Positions 1-8,750 of a stretch of 63,858 bases of DNA are shown in pieces. The position numbers and the translations under genes are program-made. The stretch spans positions 1 to 63,858 of IMG/VR virus record IMGVR_UViG_3300045282_000203. The stretch is one strand, 5' to 3'. This DNA comes from a virus. Taxonomy: Duplodnaviria > Caudoviricetes. The notes beneath the pieces are model-generated. The model had not been told where the DNA came from and made no database searches. It was given only the letters and a program-made list of their open reading frames with translations. Within the stretch, counting starts at the first letter, position 1. Every line of letters begins with the position of its first letter.

Positions 1-146
1 CGAGGTTCGTGTTCTTCACTGGCTTGCGCTCGTAGAACAGCCCCATCTTCTCGAGCTCCGCTCTCGCGAAGTCGTGGAAGTCGATCCAGGGCTCAGCGTT
101 GTAGCGCTCCATCAGCAGCCCGCCGTCGAAGTGGGCAAGGATCCTC
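1..146. repeat. Terminal direct repeat (circular assembly overlap), copy 1
   Basis: 1-146 is identical to 63713-63858 except position 20 (T) vs 63732 (C). Confidence 0.97.
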
Positions 147-1480
147 GGCTCCTGCTGACTGTAGTCTCGGTCGAGGAGCAGGTGGCCTTTCTCGTAGGGG
201 ATGATGTAGCCCCTCACGAGTGGCAGGGGTGGGAGAGTGAACGGTACCTTGGGTGCGGTCTTCAACTGCTTCTTAAGCTTGTCGAGCTCCTTCTTGTCCT
301 TGGCCTCCTTAATGAGAGCCTCGATCTCGTGCTTGAAGATGGGGTCGAACTCCTTGGGGATGTTCATGAACCAGGTAGCACTGAGTCGCCCGGTCTTCGT
401 CCCGCTGCTGCGCTTGCCGTCTGAGCTCCTCGTCTGATTCCAGCTGGTGTGGATGAGGCCACCAGTCTCGGTAGCCATCTCCTCCCACGAGGTCATGTAG
501 GTACCTACGCAGGTCTTCAGCTGGGAGTTGTACTGCAGCATGCCAGCGAGGACCTTGTCGGTGATGGCGACGGTGAGGGTGTCCATGTCCGACGCCCACT
601 GACCGGTCTTCGTTCGTTCGAGCTTGCTCTCGTCAACCTTCCTCACCTTGATGAGCGCTTCCACCAGAGTGTCACCATTGCTCAGCTTCACGTCGGTGCC
701 GACCTTCAACTGCTTGCGGAGCCAGGCGTCGAGCTGCTTGAGCACCCCGGAGTAGAGCTTGACGTCCGCCCGCAGCCGCTTCAGGTCCACCCGCAACCCA
801 CGTCGCTCCATGTCGAGGAGGATGGGCATGAGCTCACGCTCACGGTCATACGCTCCGAGCATCTTCCTCTTCTTGAGCGATGGGTAGAGATGCTTGAAGA
901 TCTTCTCGGTCCTCAGTGTGTCGCCGTTGGCGTACGCACCCACGAGATCTCCGGGGGCGAGACAGATGTAGGCGCCGTAGTTGGTCTTGGTGATCTTCTC
1001 GATGAAGTGGTTCTTGTCGTTCTTCTCACTGGAGAGGTAGCCCTTCTCACGGAGTGCCTCTTGATTCTTGAGGAGCCAGTCGCGTACAGCGTCCTGCTCA
1101 TCGGGCAGGAGGTTGAAGAGACGCTCTGCAGAAGGCTTCAGCTTGAAGTTCGGCGCGAGTGGAAAGTCGAGGAACAGCATGAACATGGTGTCGTGCAGCC
1201 TCTCCCACGGGAGTTCCGGCAGTCCGAGGTGGGTGGTGGCCACCTCGTAGTCAAACTTCGCGTGATGCATGATCAGTGGCAGTCCACTGGCCCAGGCCTT
1301 CTTCAGAGCCTTGATCGCGTCCTCACGCTTGCAGTTGTTGTTGACCTTGTGACCCCACGCGTAGTAGTTGCCCTTCTTCTCATGTGAATATTTCACGCTG
1401 ACACCCACCGGCTTGGGCGGGTAATAGGGGCGAGAACGGATGGCCTCTGTTTCAAAATCGATGACCACGTAATCTTTCAT
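1..1480 (-). CDS. polA: DNA polymerase family A, N-terminal part (3'-5' exonuclease domain to motif A); continues across the circular junction
   Basis: Not in the ORF track because it runs off the edge. ATG at 1480 follows GGAG. Reads MKDYVVIDFETEAIRSRPYYPPKPVGVS (ExoI DxE), HAKFD, LHDTM, then motif A DYSQQEPRILAHF. Joined length 2028 nt (675 aa) is in frame. Confidence 0.93.
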   Translation of the reverse strand, partial: MKDYVVIDFETEAIRSRPYYPPKPVGVSVKYSHEKKGNYYAWGHKVNNNCKREDAIKALKKAWASGLPLIMHHAKFDYEVATTHLGLPELPWERLHDTMFMLFLDFPLAPNFKLKPSAERLFNLLPDEQDAVRDWLLKNQEALREKGYLSSEKNDKNHFIEKITKTNYGAYICLAPGDLVGAYANGDTLRTEKIFKHLYPSLKKRKMLGAYDRERELMPILLDMERRGLRVDLKRLRADVKLYSGVLKQLDAWLRKQLKVGTDVKLSNGDTLVEALIKVRKVDESKLERTKTGQWASDMDTLTVAITDKVLAGMLQYNSQLKTCVGTYMTSWEEMATETGGLIHTSWNQTRSSDGKRSSGTKTGRLSATWFMNIPKEFDPIFKHEIEALIKEAKDKKELDKLKKQLKTAPKVPFTLPPLPLVRGYIIPYEKGHLLLDRDYSQQEPRILAHFDGGLLMERYNAEPWIDFHDFARAELEKMGLFYERKPVKNTNL

Positions 1481-1490
1481 GACGGGCTCC

Positions 1491-1528
1491 AAAGATGAGG
1501 GACTGAGGCACGAAGCCCCAGCCCCTCA
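1491..1528 (-). terminator. Stem-loop (terminator or attenuator) between the SSB-like gene and polA
   Basis: TGAGGGGCTGGGGC-ttcgt-GCCTCAGTCCCTCA, 14 bp with G-U pairs on the - strand, then TCTTT. Confidence 0.55.
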
Positions 1529-1539
1529 GTCAGACCTGC

Positions 1540-2460
1540 TCAGTACCGCTTCGACTTCTGCACTCCCTTTGCCTTCTGGGCAGCAGTAGTAGGCTTGAAC
1601 CCGACACGTGACTTACCAGGCTTCTTGTCCTTCTTCGGTGAGTCATCAGAGAGCTGCGCGTAAGGAAACGCGATCGCAGCCACCGCTTCCTCGTGACGCT
1701 GCATGATCGTCTTCGAGAGACTGGCGGGGATGGAGTCCACGCACTCGAAGTTCACAGAGAACTGGTTGTCCCCGCCCTGGATGGTGAAGATGCGGGTGAA
1801 CACACCGTAGGGCGGGCGCTTGAGGCTTGTTGCCACCTGCTGGGTGTAGCCACCGAAGATCTTCGAAGAAGTCACCGGCGTCTTCAGGTAGGTGATCGGG
1901 GCTGTCATGTAGTGGTCGACGTCGGTGGTATCGATGGTGAACTGACCTTTCTTCGTGATGCCGAGAGCCAGGACCACACCGAGACGACGACGGTTCCCAC
2001 ACGCCTTGCCCCTGCCAGTCTTCGAGGTGCCGAACTGGTTCATGGGACACGTCTCGCAGTCGTGGTGCACGGGGTTGACCACCGACTTGTGAGGAGCCAT
2101 ACCTTCATCGGTAGCCGAGTCCATGTTGTCGATGCCGATGACCTTTTTGCTGCCGGCGTCGTAGCGACCATAAGCGAAGCACCGAGGTGCGCCCGGGTTG
2201 TCCTGATCGTAGTCATCTTCGTAGTAGACGTTCTCGAAGATGTTGTCCAGGATGACGCACCTGAACTCGTTGTTCGGGACAGGAGTACCGTTGATGGTGA
2301 TGACACCTGCCTTGAGGCCGATGAACTGACCCCCACCAGTAGAGGCCTCTTGCGCCGCAGCGATCTCGGCGTCAGCGAGCATCTGAGCTTCCCAACCCAC
2401 GACGCCACGCTTGCCACGGGTGACGACGCCAGTCTCTTCTTTTGCGCTCTTGCGAACCAT
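1540..2460 (-). CDS. Putative ssDNA-binding/annealing protein
   Basis: YYEDDYD..PRCF, CETCPMNQFGTSKTGRGKAC Zn motif typical of SSB-like proteins next to polA in phages; Lys-rich tail. Confidence 0.6.
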   Translation of the reverse strand: MVRKSAKEETGVVTRGKRGVVGWEAQMLADAEIAAAQEASTGGGQFIGLKAGVITINGTPVPNNEFRCVILDNIFENVYYEDDYDQDNPGAPRCFAYGRYDAGSKKVIGIDNMDSATDEGMAPHKSVVNPVHHDCETCPMNQFGTSKTGRGKACGNRRRLGVVLALGITKKGQFTIDTTDVDHYMTAPITYLKTPVTSSKIFGGYTQQVATSLKRPPYGVFTRIFTIQGGDNQFSVNFECVDSIPASLSKTIMQRHEEAVAAIAFPYAQLSDDSPKKDKKPGKSRVGFKPTTAAQKAKGVQKSKRY

Positions 2461-2508
2461 GTGATGTTCCTTCTGTGATGAGTGGTTAAGGGTGTGAGGT
2501 GTGAGATG

Positions 2509-2979
2509 CTACTTGACTTTGTTCAGGTGGACCTTCACGACGTTGAAGGTGCCGACCCCGGGGACGGTCTTCTTGGCTGCCCAGCGGAGCTGCACCGCCT
2601 CCTTCGAGAGCTTTGGCTTCTGCAGCAGGTCGGTCTGGCCGGTCTTGGTGATGTAGGCCATCAGCTTCTTCTCGTCGAGGATGACGGCAACTGCTTCGAC
2701 CTCGATGGTGGCACGCGCGACTTCACCGGCGACACCGGTCATGTCTCCTTTCGGGAGCTTGTTGATGAGGATGTCCTCGCAGATCTTCTCGTTCTTCTTC
2801 ATCGCCTGGAGCTGGTGCTGCAGCTTGAGCCGCGTCTGGCGGATGGTGTAGAGAAGATCGGCGACGCCGGGGAGCTTCTTAGGAGGAACGAACTTCTCTT
2901 CTTTGGGCGGTTTCTCCTTTGCGACCTTCTTGGCCGCGGGCTTGGGTGGTTGAGTGATGGTCTTCTTCACGACGGCCAT
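2509..2979 (-). CDS. Conserved replication-region hypothetical protein
   Basis: Clear ORF with GGAG RBS; coiled coil plus LLQKPKLSKEAV..VPGV. Confidence 0.6.
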   Translation of the reverse strand: MAVVKKTITQPPKPAAKKVAKEKPPKEEKFVPPKKLPGVADLLYTIRQTRLKLQHQLQAMKKNEKICEDILINKLPKGDMTGVAGEVARATIEVEAVAVILDEKKLMAYITKTGQTDLLQKPKLSKEAVQLRWAAKKTVPGVGTFNVVKVHLNKVK

Positions 2980-2987
2980 GGTGGCTC

Positions 2988-3998
2988 CTACGAGAGGGTG
3001 ATGAAGCCGAGCTCGGCAGCTTCCTTAACGTAGGAGAGCGGGACGTTGATGGGCTCACCATCGGAGGCGCGCTTCACGGTCTTCTTCAGTGCCTCGGCGA
3101 CCGTCGTGCACTTCATGACGATCTCGAACAGCTTGCGGCGGACGGTGCCCTCTCGGGTGATGCTGAGGTCTGCCTTGGGGTTGGCCTTGATCTTCTTGTT
3201 GACGATGTCCCCGCCCTTCGCAGGTGCGGTCTTGGTCTCGGCCTTCTTCTGGAAGGGCAGCGGGGTCTTCAGAGCAGCCTTGGTCTCGGTCTTAGCGGGC
3301 GGGGCTGTCTTCGTGGCGACCTTCTTCGTATCCTTCACGGTGGGCTTGGTGGTTGACTTCTTCGTGGGTTCCATGACTTCTCCTTTGACGATCGTGGGGT
3401 GGGTAGGTTCGCCTCCTTCAAGGGACTTCCCTACTTTGAGATTGGACTTCGACGGGGCACTGCAGACCATCGCGGTGGCGAACGGCAGTCCCTCGTCTGG
3501 CTCCTGCTCTTTGGTGGCTTCGGCCCTCGGCCTGCGGGTGAGCTGAACCGTGGGCTTCTTCGTCTCCTTCTCGGTTGACTTCTTTGTGACGGAGGGCGCG
3601 GGCTTCTTCGTCTCCTTCTCGGTTGCCTTCTTGGTAGGGGCGGGTGCTGGTTTCTTCATGTCTTTCTTCGCGGCCTGCTTGGTGGTAGGAGTGGGCCGGG
3701 CCACTGGTTCCTCCTCGGTGGGTTTGGGATTGGTGATGTCGGCGAACACGTGCCGCGCGGCTGGGGTGATGACCACCCCAAGGTTGACGAGATTCTGCCA
3801 CTTCTCGATGAGGTCGTGCACCGAGGTAGAGGTGGTCTCGTGATTGTAGGTGCTGTTGAACTTCGTGGTGATGAGCTGCTGGACGTCGACCTTGCGGGTG
3901 CCTCTGTCCTTCATCACTGACACGAAGATGGTGTGCTTCTCAGTCTCGGAGATCCTGAGGACGACATGACGCTGAGCATCGAAGCAGATGTCTGGCAT
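2988..3998 (-). CDS. Lys/Pro/Thr-rich protein with histone-H1-like central repeats
   Basis: Repeats KKATEKETKKP / KKSTEKETKKP; GAGG RBS. Confidence 0.65.
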   Translation of the reverse strand: MPDICFDAQRHVVLRISETEKHTIFVSVMKDRGTRKVDVQQLITTKFNSTYNHETTSTSVHDLIEKWQNLVNLGVVITPAARHVFADITNPKPTEEEPVARPTPTTKQAAKKDMKKPAPAPTKKATEKETKKPAPSVTKKSTEKETKKPTVQLTRRPRAEATKEQEPDEGLPFATAMVCSAPSKSNLKVGKSLEGGEPTHPTIVKGEVMEPTKKSTTKPTVKDTKKVATKTAPPAKTETKAALKTPLPFQKKAETKTAPAKGGDIVNKKIKANPKADLSITREGTVRRKLFEIVMKCTTVAEALKKTVKRASDGEPINVPLSYVKEAAELGFITLS

Positions 3999-4006
3999 GG
4001 ACCACC

Positions 4007-4399
4007 TCAGTAGGAAGGAAAGATCTTGACTTCGTGGATGTCGGAGCCGAACAGTTCGTTGATCTGCTGCTTGAGGGCGGCTCGTTGATCATTCAGCTTG
4101 TAGATGCTGCGAGCGTGTTCGGTGAAGGCTATCCCGAAGAGCTGGTGAGCCTCACGCTCTCGTAGTATGTCCTCCACCACCCAGAGCTTCTCATTCACCC
4201 AGGCGAGCTGCTCTCGGAGACCGCGCAACCGGCTGTCATCGTTGAAGCTGAGGGTACGAAGCGCGCCGTGCAGCTCGGTCAGCTCCAAGCTGATCTGAGC
4301 ACGTTGCGCGGAATCCTGCACGCGGGCTTCCTTGAGGTGGAGGATGGTGATCTTGTCGATCAGCTCACCGAGCGAGACGGGGATGTAGACTCTCATCAC
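4007..4399 (-). CDS. DUF6165-like protein
   Basis: VSLGELIDKITIL...LWVVEDILRE...ARSIYKLNDQRAALKQQIN...EVK signature. Confidence 0.7.
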   Translation of the reverse strand: MMRVYIPVSLGELIDKITILHLKEARVQDSAQRAQISLELTELHGALRTLSFNDDSRLRGLREQLAWVNEKLWVVEDILREREAHQLFGIAFTEHARSIYKLNDQRAALKQQINELFGSDIHEVKIFPSY

Positions 4400-4485
4400 T
4401 TACTCTCCTTCCAGGTGGTGAGGCGCTCAATGAACTCATCGAACTCATCCACCACCACTACCGGGATCTCGTGGGTAGACAGTGA

Positions 4486-4896
4486 TCACTTCTTCAGCTC
4501 TTCGTTCAGGTAGTGCAGGAACAGGAAGGTGTCACCGTGTTGCCTGAGCACCCCACTCGTCAGTAGTGCGTAGCACGGAGCGCAGAGATCTCCGATGAAG
4601 GTCCCCTCGTGCTTGTGATTGGTGCAGCCATGCACCAGACACTTGTCTTCGAGATCAGCCTCGGTAGGAAGCGGCACGTTGCAGAGTCGCCGGACCCACT
4701 GCACCCCTAGCGGGGTGACGGTGCAAAGACTGTTGTCATCACCGGGGCGCTCTTGCACGAGAACACCGTGAGAGATCATCGTAGCGATGTCTTCCTTGAC
4801 GGCGGGCGCGTGTTGCCGTGGGTGGGGACCTGAGCAAACGAAGAAGTGAAGAAGGACGTCGATGAAGTTCGGGGTGTTGGGGACTATCGGTTTCAT
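4486..4896 (-). CDS. Hypothetical protein with Cys/His cluster
   Basis: AAGGAG RBS; KCLVHGCTNH..CAPC. Confidence 0.6.
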   Translation of the reverse strand: MKPIVPNTPNFIDVLLHFFVCSGPHPRQHAPAVKEDIATMISHGVLVQERPGDDNSLCTVTPLGVQWVRRLCNVPLPTEADLEDKCLVHGCTNHKHEGTFIGDLCAPCYALLTSGVLRQHGDTFLFLHYLNEELKK

Positions 4897-4928
4897 ATGA
4901 GGCTCCTTGTGTTGGCAGTTGTGGTGGT

Positions 4929-5030
4929 TTAATCGATGAAGTCAGCGATGAGGTCCCACACGACGGAGACCACCACCCCAATCAGTAGACCGCTGAGAAT
5001 CCAACCGAGAATGCTTAAGAGTGTGCTCAT
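4929..5030 (-). CDS. Small membrane peptide (33 aa)
   Basis: MSTLLSILGWILSGLLIGVVVSVVWDLIADFID; ATGA overlap with the upstream gene. Confidence 0.5.
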   Translation of the reverse strand: MSTLLSILGWILSGLLIGVVVSVVWDLIADFID

Positions 5031-5377
5031 GGGTTCAACCTCCTGTACTCCTCGTTGTTGGCCCTGATGGCCTGGTTGACCGGGAACTGCATCGCACCAA
5101 ACAGACTCTTGCGCTTGTCGAGTGGCATGTACCTATCACTCTCGAGGATCTTTGCGATGATCTGCAACTCGCCCTGGGTGAAGGGTCGAGACACCGTTCG
5201 CTTGCTGCGCCCGAGCATGTTCTTCAGCTCATTGAGGAAGGCGCCCGGTCCAGGCTTGGCCGCGTCCCGGCACCTCGCATCGTAGTGATCCAGAGCCAAC
5301 CAGATGAGATCGTGGACCTCCGCCTGGTTGAACTGCATGACGGTCTTGATCTCGTACTCGAAGCCGAGGGCTTTCAT
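5027..5377 (-). CDS. Hypothetical protein
   Basis: ATGA-coupled ORF in the early operon. Confidence 0.6.
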   Translation of the reverse strand: MKALGFEYEIKTVMQFNQAEVHDLIWLALDHYDARCRDAAKPGPGAFLNELKNMLGRSKRTVSRPFTQGELQIIAKILESDRYMPLDKRKSLFGAMQFPVNQAIRANNEEYRRLNP

Positions 5378-5589
5378 CGGGCACCAACCTTGTTGACAGC
5401 ACTCTTGAGCTCAGCCCTCAGCTCCCGGGCTATCGACCTCACCTTATCAGCGCGACGCTTAGCCTCTGACAGCGTGATCTCAGCGTCAGCCGGACTGTAG
5501 TGCCCGGCTTGGCCCTGAGCGTGCTCTTCGATCAGGGCCGCGTGAGCGTTCAGGTACCGTACTATCGTGTTCATGATCTTGAGGTTCAT
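5374..5589 (-). CDS. Hypothetical protein
   Basis: AAGGAG RBS, ATGA coupling. Confidence 0.6.
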   Translation of the reverse strand: MNLKIMNTIVRYLNAHAALIEEHAQGQAGHYSPADAEITLSEAKRRADKVRSIARELRAELKSAVNKVGAR

Positions 5590-5789
5590 GTCTTCTCCTT
5601 GTGGTAGTGGAGGTTGAAGTGCTTGCTGCCGTAGCGGACGAGTGCCTCGAACACGTGACGCTCGAGGTAGACAGTGTCGGTGGGGTGTTCAAGATCATTG
5701 GCTCGCAGCTCGATCTGCCCGTTCACGAAGACGGCGTAGAGGGCATTACCGAGGTACTCGGGGTGAGAGGACTCATTGACGCTCATCAC
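5586..5789 (-). CDS. Hypothetical protein
   Basis: YLGNALYA..VYLE motif common in small phage proteins. Confidence 0.6.
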   Translation of the reverse strand: MMSVNESSHPEYLGNALYAVFVNGQIELRANDLEHPTDTVYLERHVFEALVRYGSKHFNLHYHKEKT

Positions 5790-5916
5790 TTCCTCCCTGA
5801 GTACATGCGCGTCTCAAAGAGACGATGATCGAGGGTGACGTTCACGATGTTTGGCATGTTCCTAAGGTGAAGCAACATCCCCATCGCAGATGGCCAGTTC
5901 CTGAACTCGCGTGTGA

Positions 5917-6795
5917 TCATACGTCCTCCCTGAAGCCCTTGAACACAGGGTGGCGGGGGCGGTCCTTCACACCTACGGGGAAGAAGCGGTAGGTGATCAC
6001 GCGATCGAGGAGTCGTTCCTCCCAGAGCTGCACTCGCTCGGCCTGCGTGAAGCCGGTGCCGACCTCGAACTCCACCCCGGTCTTGAGATCCCGCACGACG
6101 AGGGCGCCGAGGACACCGCCAGCAGACTTCCCAGCGGCGTGGTTCGTGCGCTTCCCGCTCGCGTCCTTCTCGTTGTGGTTGTGGCGAAGCTCAACCATGT
6201 CGATGATCACCGCTTCTGAGTCGTCGAACCGCTTCATCTTCAGCAGCCACCCCTCATTGAAGGTAGAGCGACCGTGCTTGTAGGGCCCGTGAGGGTGGCG
6301 GAGCATCACGCCCTCGTAGCCCTTCGTCACGCAGACCTCCTCGTAGCGGATGAGCTCTTCGTGGTTCTTCACGGTGATGTGCTGCACGAGCTTGATGTCT
6401 AACAAGCCGCGGACTGCTGCCCTCAGCTTCTGCAGACGCTCGGTGAAGCCCCGCTCATCGCCATCACCCCACCACCAATCGAAGACGTGAAAGGTGACAT
6501 CGGGTCTGCCATCACCCGACATCACTCCTCGTGTCGTGGTGTTGAAGCACTGTGAGTCGGTGGGCTCACCCACGATGAGCTCACCATCGAAGCCGATGAA
6601 GGCCTCATGACTAATGAGAGTCTGGGTGTGGCGGTTCCTGATGAGCTTGCCGTTGTAGCTGTAGAGCTTACCGTCGGGCTGGTTGAAAGCGCGGATGCCG
6701 TCGAGCTTCGGGCTGGCGAGCAGTGGGTACCGGAGCTGGTGGATGTTCTCAGTGGTGACCTTGTCACTCTTCATGAGCTTGATGAGGTTGGGCAT
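5917..6795 (-). CDS. lig: ATP-dependent DNA ligase
   Basis: SPKLDGIR (KxDG), FDGEL, FHVFD, GYEGVMLR, LLKMK, EVGTGF, RHPVF. Confidence 0.95.
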   Translation of the reverse strand: MPNLIKLMKSDKVTTENIHQLRYPLLASPKLDGIRAFNQPDGKLYSYNGKLIRNRHTQTLISHEAFIGFDGELIVGEPTDSQCFNTTTRGVMSGDGRPDVTFHVFDWWWGDGDERGFTERLQKLRAAVRGLLDIKLVQHITVKNHEELIRYEEVCVTKGYEGVMLRHPHGPYKHGRSTFNEGWLLKMKRFDDSEAVIIDMVELRHNHNEKDASGKRTNHAAGKSAGGVLGALVVRDLKTGVEFEVGTGFTQAERVQLWEERLLDRVITYRFFPVGVKDRPRHPVFKGFREDV

Positions 6796-6823
6796 GACTT
6801 CTCCTTGTGTTGGTGGAGGTGGG

Positions 6824-7000
6824 TTACTTGAGGATGGTGTTGATGAGGGTGGTCTTCCGCTCGGTGAGCTCGAGGAGGATGCTCTTGCGAGTGATCCTCA
6901 GCGAGCAGCCCGTCACGGTGAGAGGGCCGTACTGAGCGCGGTCGAGGAGCTCGATGAGGTCCTCGGTGGTAGACTCTTTGAGGAAGGCGGTGGGTGTCAT
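6824..7000 (-). CDS. Hypothetical protein (58 aa)
   Basis: MTPTAFLKESTTEDLIELLDR...; GGAGG upstream; below the ORF-track cutoff. Confidence 0.55.
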   Translation of the reverse strand: MTPTAFLKESTTEDLIELLDRAQYGPLTVTGCSLRITRKSILLELTERKTTLINTILK

Positions 7001-7003
7001 GAC

Positions 7004-7273
7004 TCAGTCCTCCAAGAAAGGAAGCGCGGTGAAGACGATGCGTTGCCACCCGCAGGAGCAGAGTGGGTAGGGATCATCGGTGAGGTTTCTTGAGCACTCA
7101 GGAGAGCAGTTACCGTGCTCCACCAGCTTCTTGATCACCTCTTGCTGCTCGTGGGCGAGACGAGCGTCGTGCTCCCACGCTCCTATCTGGTAATAGGCAC
7201 CTACTTCGAAGTTGGCATTGAGGTGCCCGGTGGGAGCGACGATGGTATGGAGCTTCTTAGACTTGACACTCAC
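7004..7273 (-). CDS. Hypothetical protein with Cys/His cluster
   Basis: GTG start overlaps the upstream stop, after GGAG; HxxCxxxC..CxC. Confidence 0.5.
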   Translation of the reverse strand: MSVKSKKLHTIVAPTGHLNANFEVGAYYQIGAWEHDARLAHEQQEVIKKLVEHGNCSPECSRNLTDDPYPLCSCGWQRIVFTALPFLED

Positions 7274-7509
7274 GGCTCCCTCCTCAGGATGATGTACTGG
7301 GTGAGGTAGTAGGCCTCGCACTCGGTGCTCTGGACCCGTGCCACCGTGTTCGAGTTGATGAGGTCCTGCAGGCAGTCACGGACCTGCAGCCACTTGCCTT
7401 TCCGGATCTGATGAACGCGAGCGATCTCGCGAGAGATCTCCTCCCAGTCGTGATTGATCCTCGGGTTAGACTCGAGCACCTTGATGATCGTCTCTTGGAT
7501 GGGCGTCAT
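7270..7509 (-). CDS. Hypothetical protein (possible winged helix)
   Basis: MTPIQETIIKVLE...LQDLINSNTV pattern. Confidence 0.5.
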   Translation of the reverse strand: MTPIQETIIKVLESNPRINHDWEEISREIARVHQIRKGKWLQVRDCLQDLINSNTVARVQSTECEAYYLTQYIILRREP

Positions 7510-7517
7510 GACTTCAC

Positions 7518-7781
7518 CTACGCGATCCAGCTGAGTTCGGTGATCTCGCTCAGCGACCACTCTTCATTGATGGAGTGGGTGTACTCAGGATCGAGGAGGA
7601 GCTGCTTGACATCGTCAGCGCTCTCGGCAGCGATGAAGAAGATCTGCTCTTCACACCTCGTAGAGAAGAGCTTCAGTTCTTTCTTGCGGGCGAGGTAACC
7701 AAGCTCGATGAGGTCTGTCAGATCATCTACATCTAGATCGGTGATGTCGAAGGTATGAAGGATGGGGAGGTGCTTGGTCAT
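7518..7781 (-). CDS. Hypothetical acidic protein
   Basis: GGAG RBS, tight packing. Confidence 0.55.
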   Translation of the reverse strand: MTKHLPILHTFDITDLDVDDLTDLIELGYLARKKELKLFSTRCEEQIFFIAAESADDVKQLLLDPEYTHSINEEWSLSEITELSWIA

Positions 7782-7782
7782 C

Positions 7783-8088
7783 TCAGCTCCTCTTCTCGGT
7801 GGTGGTTCGCACAGGCTTCAGCAGCACCGTCTCGCAGTAGTCGAGAGCTTCGGGGAGGAACTTCTTCACGTCCTCGATGGAGCAGCAGGGCCAGGTGTAG
7901 AAGTCTTCTTGATCTGCGGCACCAGCAATGATGAGTGCTTGACCGCCGCCAAAGCTGATGCTGAGCTCCTTACTGATGACGAACTCGGGATCGGTGCAAT
8001 CATAGCGGTTTGCAGGTGTGTAGATGATAGGTGGCCCAACGGCGACGAGCAGGGTGAGCTGCAGGCTCTGCTTGTTGATCCTCATCAC
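7783..8088 (-). CDS. Hypothetical protein
   Basis: GGAGG RBS, coupled to the upstream gene. Confidence 0.55.
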   Translation of the reverse strand: MMRINKQSLQLTLLVAVGPPIIYTPANRYDCTDPEFVISKELSISFGGGQALIIAGAADQEDFYTWPCCSIEDVKKFLPEALDYCETVLLKPVRTTTEKRS

Positions 8089-8309
8089 TGCACCTCCATC
8101 ATAGACTCGATGAGACGCTGACGGCGCTGGTACTCTTCCTGGAGTTCCTTGAAGGAGAAGGTGATGGAGAAGATTGACTTCTCACCGGCAATGAGAAGAA
8201 CTGCCTGTCCGCGCGTTTCTGCATGCTTCATCAGGCTGAAGAGGATGACCTCGGTGGTAGCCTGCAGCCGCTCTTCTCGGGTGGGGTAGACTTTCGTTGT
8301 TTCCTTCAT
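8085..8309 (-). CDS. Hypothetical protein, first ORF downstream of the hammerhead ribozyme
   Basis: ATG at 8309 preceded by AAGGAG; the ORF-track extension to 8402 overlaps the ribozyme. Confidence 0.65.
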   Translation of the reverse strand: MKETTKVYPTREERLQATTEVILFSLMKHAETRGQAVLLIAGEKSIFSITFSFKELQEEYQRRQRLIESMMEVQ

Positions 8310-8337
8310 GGTGATTCTCCTTGTGGTGGTGGAGTGG

Positions 8338-8420
8338 AACGCGCTTGGCTCATCAGCACCGCGGAGCGCGTTGTTGGGTGCGGTGTACCTCTCCTGCCTC
8401 ACGACGGTAGAGGTTTCGCC
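8338..8420 (-). ncRNA. Type II hammerhead ribozyme with loop I / 3'-tail pseudoknot
   Basis: Minus strand: GGC GAAA CCUCU-accgucgugaggcagg-AGAGG UA^ CACCGC-acccaacAACGCGCUcc-GCGGUG CUGAUGA GCC a AGCGCGUU. All core nucleotides and stems I-III are present; predicted cut between 8386 and 8385. Confidence 0.92.
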
Positions 8421-8426
8421 TGTTCG

Positions 8427-8745
8427 TGGTAGCTTCGCCTCACGGCGTGCCGGTGATGTCGACTGTTCACGGGTGTGGGATATCTCGTCCCACTGTCGAG
8501 GTTCTTAGTTCAGCGGCCCGCCACCAGGTGTCCGCTTGAGATCTGCGAGTGAAGCGCGTAGGAGGTCACCATCACTCCCCATCGTCATCATCTCACATCT
8601 GATCACTTGTCAAAGTCCTGGTCGCTACCTTCGCTTGGCTCGCACGTCCGCGGGATCTCACCGCGATGCCCTCAAGCGTTGTCAGTATCTCCAAGATCCT
8701 GGGTGCCCTCGAGCCCGCCCAATCAAGCAGCCCACCGGCTACCAT
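8427..8745 (-). ncRNA. Putative large structured non-coding RNA (~320 nt) of unknown class
   Basis: 5' end UGGUAGC/CGGUG pairs with CACCG/GCUACCA at the 3' end; many nested complementary segments; no credible ORF; promoter directly upstream. Confidence 0.7.
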
Positions 8746-8750
8746 GGTCC

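Noticed and set aside
1-146. Biological terminal repeats or att sites
   Set aside because: The repeat falls mid-polA and its length fits an assembler overlap, so circular assembly explains it better.
74-1387. Long + strand ORFs (449-1387 and others) and similar antisense ORFs such as 31316-32653 and 55942-57078
   Set aside because: These are shadow frames opposite real GC-rich genes with strong codon bias; no motifs or RBS support.
8310-8402. N-terminal extension of ORF 8085-8402
   Set aside because: It overlaps the hammerhead, and the strong AAGGAG RBS supports ATG 8309.
8585-8613. TTGACA inside the ncRNA as a second promoter
   Set aside because: No acceptable -10 hexamer at 16-18 nt spacing; kept only as a note on the RNA loop.
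8427-8745. tmRNA, RNase P RNA or a self-splicing intron as the identity of the structured RNA
   Set aside because: No T-arm/CCA end, no GAGGAAAGUCC, no recognisable group I core or group II domain V, and it interrupts no gene.
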